DNA from: Phoronis australis
Taxonomy: Eukaryota > Animalia > Phoronida
Assembly (NCBI GenBank): GCA_002633005.1
Contig: NMRA01000202.1
Span: forward strand, 521,626-585,625
DNA length: 64,000 nt
Direction: 5' to 3'
In this document: in pieces, positions 53,851-64,000 of the stretch
Layout: the number at the start of each line of letters is the position of its first letter
Numbering within the stretch: the stretch's first letter is position 1
The notes under the pieces: model-generated
Told to the model about the DNA's origin: nothing
The model's database searches: none
What the model saw: the letters and a program-made list of their open reading frames with translations, nothing else
Program-made: the position numbers and the translations under genes

Positions 53851-54411
53851 ATGCATTCTCTACCATTGATAATATTACTAGTTGCCATGGTTACAACATG
53901 TTGGTCAGCGCTAATAGGAGGAACAGCTGTGGGAAGACTTGAGTTTGATCCAGGAGGGGCAGAAAATCTTACGCTCAAAGACACCGTGCACATACCCATA
54001 AAATACGTATCAAATGATAACGTGACTCTGGTCATCCAACCAATGGATACTCGGGTAATATATCCTGAAACATCTGTGTATTACCTCAGTTCTTGCGACA
54101 ACGCAACGTCGGGCTGTACTGTGGATGTGGTTTTCAAAACCAACCGCATAGGCCGCACGCAGTTGATGCTGACAGTGTACAAAGGAAATTCAACAGCAAA
54201 CATATCAGTAGAGTTGCAGTACATGTCTGTGAGCGTGGTCGTAAAGGACTCCACACTCAAGATGGTGATGAGATATGTGACGACGTGCTTGCTGGTTCTA
54301 ATCAACCTGGTGATGGGATGTAAGATGCAGTGGTTAAAGTTGAAAGAGGTCTTCTACCATCCGGTGGCTCTCTTCGTGGGACTGACTTGTCAGATATTGT
54401 TCATGCCCTTG
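53851..54411 (+). CDS. SLC10A: SLC10 coding exon 1 (signal peptide, ectodomain, first TM helices)
   Basis: Start aagATGcat gives [20 protein letters not shown]. The exon ends ...QILFMPL at donor TTG|gtatgt. An upstream acceptor attgtttcag| at 53760 implies a 5' UTR portion and an unseen upstream exon. Confidence 0.9.
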
Positions 54412-57400
54412 GTATGTATAGACATTCAGAGCAGGCGTGCGCCAACTATCTAGCAAATTTTAAAGTTAGAACCCTCACCAGGACAATTCCTGCAGTTACT
54501 GTCAGTTCCCTAAGGGCTGTTCCAGTAAAATCCGTGTGGGAGGGGGGGGACGGCAGCAGAAATAAAAATTCATGGGTGGTGGTCTTTAGAAAAAAACTCA
54601 AATTATGGGTGGTCGTTCCTGTAAGAAGTGATGCATTAAAAATGGGTGGTATTTTTTGACCTGTTAATGTTGATCCCAATAAAAAAAGAGCCCATATTGC
54701 CAGTGAACGGAGTACAATATGTTCACTAAGCCATTAAACAAGTCATGGGCAACTTGATTTGAGTCAACTGTTTGTCTGCAGTCTTATTTAATTGAAGTTA
54801 TGCAACACTAAACTGGTTTTAACACATATAAGAAAATTGATGATTTTTAAATAAAAATTATGAGGAGTAAGCTAAACAAGTTCCAATATTCACTTGACAT
54901 AGAAGTATAAAAGAGTTCGTGGTGACAGTTTGAGATTCATAGGTCCTTATAATTGAAAAAATGTTCATTGAAATTTTAGACACATGGTGAACAGAGACAC
55001 CTGGTGGCTGCCAAAAGTATTACTCCCAGGCTACTTAAGTTTTTGACAATATTGGACAAGACAACTAGTTCTTGTCTGTCAATCATTTAAGTTCTCAACA
55101 GGTCCTCCTGGAGGCAATTTGTTTGGAAGTGTTGGATTTTATATTTTAACCTATTAAAAATAATTAAAAAATTATGGGTCATGGGTTGGAGAAATAAATG
55201 AAAAATATGGGCGGTGGGTACGAAATAAAAGTGCCTTCCCCCCCCTCCCATACAGATTTTGCTGGAACAGCCCTAAGGAAAACTAAAATGGAAAAATTGC
55301 AAAACACTTAGTTCAGTAGGAAAAAAATAATAATTAAGTGTCCCACCTATGAGACGTTTTTACTGTTTAAGTGCTATAAATCTGTTTTTGGTAAAGAAGC
55401 TTTAACTCTGAAGATAAATTTGTGGTGGAATTCTGGTCTCGTTTCTCAGATTAAAAGTGGGCCATCGACCCTCAAAATTGCAATTTCAGTCCTGTGGTAA
55501 GTGTCAAGTGTGGTAGGGAGTCTGTAGAAAGTGAGTTGTCTCCTCAGAAGGTTTTGGTTCCTTCCTGAAGAAAACCCTGACGTGAAGACTGTAGGTGGCG
55601 GGACATGTAGCACTTTTCTGAAATAGTAAAAAGACGCAAAATTTTAGGATAAAATAATATTTGACCATGAGTGCTTGTTAAAAGTCTTGATAGGTGATTT
55701 GTCTGTTACCTACATTGTGTTGTTCTTGTTAAAGGCGCAATGCTGAAACAAAAACTCATGCTGTTTTGAAAGGAAAACAAAGAAGTTTTTGGTGTCCATC
55801 ATTTTTATTAAAAATACAATTCGCCAATTTTCGAAAATATTTTTTTTTAAAGTTAAGTGGCTATAAACTCACCATCCATCTCAAAAACCAACTTTTGATT
55901 TTTGGCCCTATATCAATCTGAAATTGGTGTTAAATGATAGGATATTTGTACTGGTCTCAGATTAGTTATACAATCATATACTCTGTCATTTGAGAATCAT
56001 AGACATTTACTTAGGTAGCTTATGAGTTTTCGTTACATGCACCCACACACGCATGCATGCACACACACACACACATCCTTATGTCATTTGTTGAATAGAT
56101 GTTTCTCAGTAATCATTAGTTTTTGCAAAACAATGGCTATACTTGATTGACTTTGCCGGTGTCACCGAGTCAACAGTAAGTCATTTGATTGGTTTAAAAG
56201 CCAGAAGTTGTCATCTAGAATCAATCAGACATCTTGATCCAGCAAAGTCAATCAAGTGCAGTCATCAGAACAACATATGACCAGTTTTATCACACTGTAT
56301 AACTACCTTGAATCAAAATTTTGATAGAAAGCATGTGCTTAATGTCACTTTAAACTGTTCTCCTGTCCCTTATCATTTGGCAACTGCTATGCCAACATTT
56401 GGAGTTTTGTAACTCTAACGTGTTAGCGAGCATAAGTCACACTGTGGCTAATCTGTCTTAATCAATTCGCTAATAATTGCGCATGGCTTAGCTGCGATGC
56501 TGCAGAAAACCTTTGTGCTAATTATTCTTATATTGCATCAATTTCAAAATTTCAAAGACGACTGCTATTTACTTTTCAATTTTAAAACAGTCATTTGCCT
56601 TCTTTATTGTTTTTTGACTTTGAAACTCCCATGGCAAACAGGCGCATTGGTTTGCGACCACAGTTATCTCCTGAAGTTAATTATGCATACTGCATATTAA
56701 AACAGTACCATAGTTGGTTCATCAGTCATATTTCTGCTTCCATGGAATTCTGTCTGAAGTCAGTCGCATTTGCGTAGCGATTTTAGCCTAGGATCACTCC
56801 TAAGTACATCATCAGCTGTTACAATTGATTTTATAAGATTTTGACTTCTACGTTTTGTTTTTCAGTTGGCGTTTGCATTAGCCAATGCCTTCTTCCTTGA
56901 TGACAGGCTGTCTCTTGGACTTCTAATTGTTGGCACTGCTCCAGGGGGCGGCATCAGCAATGTGATTGCTTTAGTGACAGATGGTGACCTTGACTTTAGT
57001 GCCAGCATGACCATCTGTAGCACATTGTTAGCATTTGGTAGGAGGTTTCTGCATAGTCTTTGAAAATTTATATATGATTTCTAAAAACTTCTCTTTTGAT
57101 TTTTTTCTCAAATTACTCCATGTTGGCTTACACTGCACCTTTTTGTGAACTTTCTTGTAATATGTCTTTTAATCTGTTTTAGTTAAATGTATTGGACATT
57201 TTTGTCAAAGTTTTAAATGATTTCACTGATGAATTTTCTTAATTTGGCCACAAATATATGCCGCATGTCTAACAACAACCCTGGCTTGAAAATCGCTTCT
57301 TGCTTGTTTGGGCATGCACAACCAAGCACTGAGCATCATAAGATTTCAGTGATTTTGTTACAGCTTCGTGAAAAAGGCATCAGTTGCAGAGGCGGATCTA

Positions 57401-60275
57401 CGGGGGNAGGGGGTTCAAATCCCCCTCGGGATAGGTTCAAAAATAAAAATTAAAGAAAAGTGTCGTCAAGAAAACAAAGTCAGTTACTAAAAACAAAAAA
57501 AAATCTTACACGACCTTCCCACCGCTCGGTGCTGTGCGCCTGGGATTCCCGCAAATCCTAAACCCCCCCTTACTGAAAACGTAGATCTGCCACTGAGTTG
57601 ACAGTTTTTTTTGGGCCGCCAATGTTTTTGATAAATGTGCATGCACTAGATGTTTCTAGTTTTGTTAATGCAGTATGACGAAACTGATGAGATATATGTA
57701 CCAACAATCTACATTGACTGTGTGATATGTACGTGAAATCCTATTCTAAGGAACTGGACTCCGTAGCGCCCTAAAACCATACAGGCGTATGCAGTGAAGA
57801 GTAAATTTATTTCCTCCACTGTGACCATTAATACTTCATTGTACTATGCCATATTCAAATGATCAGTTGGTGAATTTTAAAATTTTTAGACATTTCAAAC
57901 CGCCTTGTCACTTCTTTAAAGTTTGGAAGAAACTCGTTTTCAGGCTACATGCTTTAACCACTGAGTCATATCAATTTGACTTTGAAAGCCAGAACAGTTG
58001 TAAATTTTCACGACATAGTGAAATTTTGCCCTGGCTAGTTGTCAAAGCGAAATGCTGCATGTTAATGTCAAATGCATGTGCTATGAAACTTTTGTGATGT
58101 AATATCTGTTCATTATTAAGATAGATCATGTGTCGAATGACTGTCATCATTGTTTGGTTGATATGTTGTGTTTGAAGTTGTATTACACACAAAGGCCTCA
58201 AATTTCAAGCTCGTTCAAGCTGACATAGGCAAGTTGTGTTTTGGTGAATTATTGATACAAAATACAAAAATTGGTTATCTGTTGAAAAAAATTTAGATTT
58301 TGTCTGACCATGTCCACATTTGAAAGCATAATTACAAGATCATTACTTAAAGTCAACATGGATTGAGTTAGCCTAAAGGGCCGAGTTGACGCAACTAATC
58401 TCGAGAATGTGTGATTTTAGTTCTTAAGCTTAACTGAGAAATTTATCCAATGAGTGGCCTTGAGGTCAGCTTCTTAGTAGTTTGTAGTGTGGAAACTCGA
58501 CGATTTGAGAGGTATTTAAAATACATTGAATGGGAGATATCAGTGCCTCAGAGTTTGACGGATAGCCTAAATATTTCAATTTATTTGAAAATAAAGATAA
58601 CACGCCAAAATCGTTGCAAAAACTGCATGTATATACTCTATGTAGTAATGAAAATTATAACTTCACACGGAAATAGACGAACTTCGTATCGAATTAGCAT
58701 ATTTTTCTTACCGTACTGTTCTTAGGAAAATGATCCTGATGTTTCCGAACTGAATTCCATCAATGACTGTCACCATGTTTTCTTCAGTTACAGCCTGTAC
58801 GTTATACCCCAAAGCCTTCTGAGAAGTCACGTTTGCTCTGCTTATTGAGCATTTCTGTTGTTTGTGTAGATTACTGAACTAATGAAAAGGAAACGTTATC
58901 AGCAAGTCAGTTAGTCTTTTGGATGCTAAATACATGCACTTTAAAGGTAAAAACTGTAGAACAATCAAACACTGGAATGTCAGTCGATCACTAAATTATG
59001 AGGGGATGTTAAAGCACTTGTTTTTGTTTTGTTGTATAATTTTGTCTAGAACAAGAACTATCTCGATTAACACACTGTGTATAATTGTTTCTAGGTGTGA
59101 TGCCACTGTGGTTGTTCACGTATGGACAGTTCTTCCGAAGTTCCCCATGTGTGCCTTACGTCAACATTTTGATCAATTTGTGCCTTGTCTCCATACCTTT
59201 GCTGTTCGGGGTCCTGCTGCAACACAAGCGCCCTCTGTGGGCAGAGAAACTCATCCGCCTGATTCGTCCAGTCAGTCTCGTGGTCATGCTGGTGATGATT
59301 GGTCTGAGTATTTATGCAAATCTCCACATTTTTGATATTTTGTCTTGGCAATCGGTCATTTCATGCCTTCTTCTTCCAATAACTGGACTGATCGTAGGTA
59401 GTCTTACTGCAGTCATATTCCGTCAGAATGTCGCAAGGGGGAAAACGATAGCTGTGGACGTTGGAATTCAAAACACGGTTCTCTCTGTGTCTGTGGTGCA
59501 ACTGTCCTGGGTCAGTCCAGAAAGAGATATTATTTTCACCATGCCAGCCTCAGTGCTGATTCTGACATTGGTTCTCATGCTCATTATTTGCACACTTCAC
59601 ATTCTGTTGTCCAAATACAGTAAGGTATACAGAGAATTCAGCACACTGAAAAATAAGCTGCCTAGTAAACATGAGCCGCCCTGTAACCATGCCGACAATA
59701 CTGTGGAAAAAATGATCGACTCAGGTGACATTGTATTGAAGGAGAGTGTTTTGAAGTTGGATGATATTATATCGACAAAAAGGTTTTCACGGAGTGATTT
59801 TGATAATGGTGCTGAAGATATGAATTTGAACTCATTGGATAGACAAAAGTTATCTGATAAAGTCCTTAATACTGACTCTTCAGTCTGTGATGCCCCTGTA
59901 CACAATAGTCCTCGTAGCAGGCATTCATCGGCTGGGATTACCCCTCAAGAAATCTCCGTTGGCATTGAAGTTTGTTATGACAACAGTGAAGGGTGTCAAG
60001 AAACACATCAGTGTTGTCTAAACAAGGATCAAGGTTGTCTATATACAAACCAAGGGTGCCAAGAAACAGAACGGCATTACCATGGAGACAGTGATAGCTA
60101 TGAGACTCAGAGTAACACAATACAATTTGACAGCGATGATGACGATGTGGTACTGGACAGTGGTGTCGGAGACATGTCTGATCAATCATTAAGGAGAAAA
60201 TGTAATGGCTCTGGAAACAGATGGCATCGCAGGACCCAAAGTGGAAGCTCAGCGGACTACCAGACTACGTTATAA
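53851..60275 (+). CDS. SLC10A: SLC10/BASS-family sodium:bile acid (solute) symporter, join(53851..54411,56866..57037,59095..60275), 637 aa, with signal peptide and N-terminal ectodomain (SLC10A3/A5 or ASBT-like)
   Basis: Three ORF segments join in frame through canonical GT-AG introns (phase 0, then phase 1; 561+172+1181 = 1914 nt). SLC10 signatures are present: MGC..., [55 protein letters not shown]. The symbol is family-level only; the orthologue is not determined. Confidence 0.93.
54514..55273. mobile_element. PIF/Harbinger (Tourist-like) MITE in the first coding intron of SLC10
   Basis: TAA TSD (54511-54513, 55274-55276). ~40-bp TIRs GGGCTGTTCCAGTAAAATCCGTGTGGGAGGGGGGG / CCCCCCCTCCCATACAGATTTTGCTGGAACAGCCC. 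Confidence 0.88.
56038..56075 (+). repeat. (CA)n microsatellite
   Basis: Directly visible simple repeat. Confidence 0.8.
56136..56263. repeat. Intronic inverted repeat (~125-nt hairpin)
   Basis: ACTTGATTGACTTTGC / GCAAAGTCAATCAAGT with inner TGATTGGTT / AATCAATCA. Confidence 0.7.
56866..57037 (+). CDS. SLC10A: SLC10 coding exon 2
   Basis: Acceptor ttttgtttttcag|TTG and donor TTTG|gtagga. Encodes LAFALA...APGGGISN...[19 protein letters not shown](G). Confidence 0.93.
57387..57595. mobile_element. MITE with perfect 5-bp TSD in the second coding intron of SLC10
   Basis: AGTTG|CAGAGGCGGATCTACG...CGTAGATCTGCCACTG|AGTTG. Homologous to 12175-12372. Confidence 0.88.
59095..60275 (+). CDS. SLC10A: SLC10 coding exon 3 (remaining TM helices and ~220-aa cytoplasmic tail)
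   Basis: Acceptor ttgtttctag|GT completes the split Gly codon. Encodes VMPLWL...[11 protein letters not shown]... and ends YQTTL-TAA. Confidence 0.93.
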
Positions 60276-62689
60276 ATTTAAAAGAAAATAGAGTGCAATA
60301 TTTCCCAGTGTGAGAAGAATATATAGGATGTTTTCATAATAGTGCATACTTGCCATTCGTCCGTTTTGGGAGGACCGTCCCACTTTTTTTGTCGGGAATC
60401 CTGCCACCGCACAACATGTTCTCATTTTGAGAATCAGTTTGACAGATGTTATCCAGTGGAGAAAACTGCGGGTTTTCAAAATGCTGGTGTGCTGTCACAG
60501 CATCAGACACTTGCAATGAAATTTACATATTCTATTTTTGTGCATTTCCACACGATTTACGGGCCAGTTTCTCCGTTCTATATTTCACGAAAAAAGAAAG
60601 AACACGGTCTAAGTGTTGCGACAGACATTAACCCCTTGTGCTATGTGATCTAGATCCAGTTGTTCTACCTTTTCATGTCCCAAGTTTGGCTACTATATGA
60701 TAATAAACAATTACAGTTTATCAGAATGTTTGGCCTTCAATTTGACAGTAAAAAAACATCTAGTTTCAATTTTACATTCCAAGGAGTGAATTATTTTGTG
60801 TCATTTTACTGCAATTCTATTCAAAGTGTTAATTGTATGGTTAGTTGAATGTACACTGCCATGTTATTTTTATCGTAACCAGAATAATGGCATGATCAGT
60901 TACTTTCTATGTTTGCATTCTTATTGTTGCTGTGTTTTAATCCATCAAACCGTTACTTTCAGTCTTAGGTTATGAAAGACTTCTTTGGATATGTTTTACC
61001 GTGACCAATCAATGTCACTGATCTTCTAGTCTTCATTCACACTGTACATTTTGCTTACAAGTTATCAGTGGTTACTCAAAACTGCTTAGGGTAAGAAGTA
61101 CTGTGAAAACTTCTAGTCTGCATGAATTCAATTTCTTTTTCATAGATTCATACCCAGTTATCCACGTATCTGAATATTCAGATACCGAATGTCGAAATTC
61201 ATTCAAGGATCACAGCCATCTCAGTATTCAATCTTCTTTGATCATGATGTTAAGTTAGTTTTTTAAGCTCAATTTCGCTTTTTAAATACATCAGAATCTC
61301 TGTAGGGGGTAATTGTTTTGTATTTTGTGCTTTTAGAAATGCATTCTTTAAGATTGTTGGCCTTCCTTGCTAAATGATGCCTAATTTTGCACCTAGTACT
61401 ATCTCAGGTGTTTCCCGTTGGCTTTAAGCTTTTGGTAATGTTTAGAGCAAGCAAATCATTTTGGTGATTGTCGTTTATGTGTTGGCTTCTTTAATTTCAC
61501 TAAGTTGCTGCTCTTTTAATAAAAATCTTGCTGCAAATTGTTTTAAGTTGTGTGCCATGCAGATATTTAGAACATTCACAATCCAACAAATCTTACACAA
61601 ATCAAATAACGCAGAAAAGACGGGCAGGTTACAGTGGTTTCGAAAATGGAAGCTTTTGTGGGAAATCTGCAAAGGAAGTCTTACGAGCGTTACAGTTTTA
61701 AGTTTATGCTAAGTACTTCTCTTCACTATGGCATCCTGGGGACCGTGCTAGAAGTGGCGAATTTGACATAAGGCATCGTTTTTTGTTTTTTTTTACTTTT
61801 AAATGCTACAGCGGTTTTTAATTGCTTGGCTATACCATGTTCCACATGTTCAGTTTCATGGAATACATTTACACAACTCAAGCGTGTGATTTTATTTATG
61901 AAGTATTGCTGTTAATTTTCACTGTTTTATTTTTGCATAGTACCAGACAATTGTACTGCAGATTTTCTCATTGATATGAATATGAAGCCTGAAACATTGA
62001 CTTGGTGCTTTCGTCACTGCAACGAGCTTCGGTAATCTTTTACATCAATTGAGGCTAGACGAGATCAGCACGGCGTCACTTACCAGCAAGCCAAGGTAAC
62101 AATTCACTAAAGTTAACTTTTAAAATTCCTCATCAGGTGTATTATGTACGAGCTAGGGTTAAGCGACCTTTTCCAAATTTTTATTCAGGAATATACTATA
62201 TGTAGGCCATTGAGTTTCATAAAAGAACAAGCTGTTGTTCACTAAATTTCGCTTGCAGCACAGTTTTATCATTAGTGGCACCACTAGCATCGCCACAAGG
62301 CAATACATACTCATTACAAAAAAGCCCTTCACATTTGAAATGATTCTATTTTTTTCCACCATTCATAGGGAAGGGTTCTCGGGATACCCTCGTTCTTTGT
62401 TTTGCTATATTGGTGCTGGAACTCGGATTTCAATTCGATACGATTAAAATTTTTCATTATACGTGTAGTTTTTTATATGCAGCTTTGGTGTCCAAGTCAA
62501 TAGTTAGTAAGTTTGAAATGTAGATTTTTACCTTGAAAATGTTTTGTTATTGTCTCACAACCGAATTTCATGATCAAAGTAAAATATACTTGTACAGTTG
62601 AGCAACTTTCTTAGTTCAGCTGATAGTTAATTGCATTCGAGCTACAACTGGAATCTTTAGGACGCCAGAAAAAGTACACATTGGCAGTT

Positions 62690-62732
62690 GTAAAGAAACA
62701 CAGGAGGCAACTCACAGACAAATGAATTTATT
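62690..62732 (-). terminator. Putative polyadenylation signal of a convergent minus-strand gene
   Basis: The minus strand has AATAAA (62732-62727) followed by the GT/T-rich element TTGTCTGTGAGTTG...TGTGTTTCTTT. Strand T/A skew flips near 62.6-62.7 kb. Confidence 0.45.
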
Positions 62733-64000
62733 TTATCATTTTCCAGCAAATCTTTGCTTCATAACCCGTAGTGCAAACCTCCGTACTTTGTATTTACAAA
62801 CTCCTGGTTCAAAAAAACCAGAGCCGAGGTTTGATAACGGTTATAATTTACTGAACCTGTACAAAAATAAGGGGCAGTAGTTTACAGGGGCCAATTGTAC
62901 AGTAAAACCAAGACACCTAGATCTTGTTTGTTTTTTTACACTTTTTCTAGAAAAAAGGTTAACAGCACTGCTGCTGCATTCATTGAACCAACAATAGAGT
63001 GATTATCAAAATGAAGTTCACTATGACCACACAGCAGTTTGGCAAGGAAATTAGCACAATCGACAACTGACAATCGAGTCACTGCAGATGTCAATACTAA
63101 AACCCGCCCAACAGCGAGTGTACAGAAATGCATCTCCTACGGAGATCTAGAAATAAAGCGATGAAGTAACATCATTGGCTATCTTAACTAACTCGTACTT
63201 ATTATTCTTCACAGTCGGCGAGAGTTTACTGCATTCGAACTGTAGGTCCAAATACCACTGACAACAGTGGCCGTGAAGGAAAATCACTACCATCCATGAT
63301 ACAAATGAAAGTTGGCAACCTTAGCACAGGAACTGAAATTCTCGACACGCTGGCAACGATAAGGAGCAAAACGACACGGCCTGCTTATTGCAAAGTTATG
63401 AAGTAGAAAATTGACAGAGGGACCAGCCCCAGTCAATTTTGATATACAACGTACACCCCCATGAGTCATTCCAAGGTGGAAAATCGACGGTACTGGACTC
63501 GATTACAAACCAACAATCAACAATCCAGGTTTAAGAATACTGGTGCCGGCAGCTCAAATATGTAAGCAATGTTGTACTACTAACACGGATCGAACCCTTT
63601 TCCACTTTTGTTCTATACAGAGTTGGACAAGAGTGCAGTCATTGCTAAGGTCAGCCTACACAATGCCAAGATCACGTAACACAATTAAAACTTAACCTCA
63701 TGATGCATATTCAAGGTCCAACTGAATGAATATCGTAATTAACAATTTTGTAAAACTTGACGAACTGCGAAAACAGGAACACTATTGTTAATCTAGTATA
63801 CAGCTACTTAATTGGCTTAGATCCTGTCAGAACGACAACTGTCATGACACAAGTACAAACTGCTCAAAATGAAATTTGTTGACAGATGGACCTTTCTCTC
63901 GCTTTCAGCTCACACTTCGGCAAGGTAATCCTTGAAAAACCTTAACAGTAATTTAATGAAATGACAATGACAAAGAGCTTTTCACCAAATGACAACACCG

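Noticed and set aside
53821-54453. ORF-track boundaries for the SLC10 segments (TTG starts, read-through into introns)
   Set aside because: These are artefacts of prokaryote-style ORF calling; splice sites define the real boundaries.
54081-54679. Antisense and alternate-frame ORFs over exon 1 and the intronic MITE (also 59091-60189)
   Set aside because: Shadow ORFs of the real CDS or of repeat sequence.
57410-57430. GGTTCAAATCC tRNA T-loop/B-box-like motif
   Set aside because: It lies inside a TIR element, with no cloverleaf or A box.

Overview
This is eukaryotic, AT-rich genomic DNA, most consistent with an invertebrate animal. The evidence is GT-AG introns, dense old transposon debris and CpG loss confined to the gene region; the species cannot be identified from the sequence. 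Only one protein-coding gene is well supported: a three-coding-exon SLC10/BASS sodium:bile-acid symporter-family gene on the + strand (53851-54411, 56866-57037, 59095-60275; 637 aa). It has a signal peptide, a glycosylated N-terminal ectodomain and a long cytoplasmic tail. The last ~1.3 kb looks like the 3' UTR of a convergent minus-strand gene whose CDS lies outside the window. The first ~51 kb is non-coding and filled with mobile-element remains. These include several Kolobok-type DNA transposon derivatives (TTAA sites, a THAP remnant facing a KolX-like remnant), MITEs with 3-, 5-, 8- and 9-bp target duplications, foldback elements, tandem duplications and a solo LTR. The most notable observations are a heat-shock-element cluster directly upstream of a TATA-like box in the solo LTR, the cluster of Kolobok relics, and unusual features of the SLC10 protein (Na1-site Glu to Asp, Cys heptad repeats, PDZ-type end, overlapping uORF). 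No rRNA, tRNA or CRISPR array was found. All alignments and identities were judged by eye.
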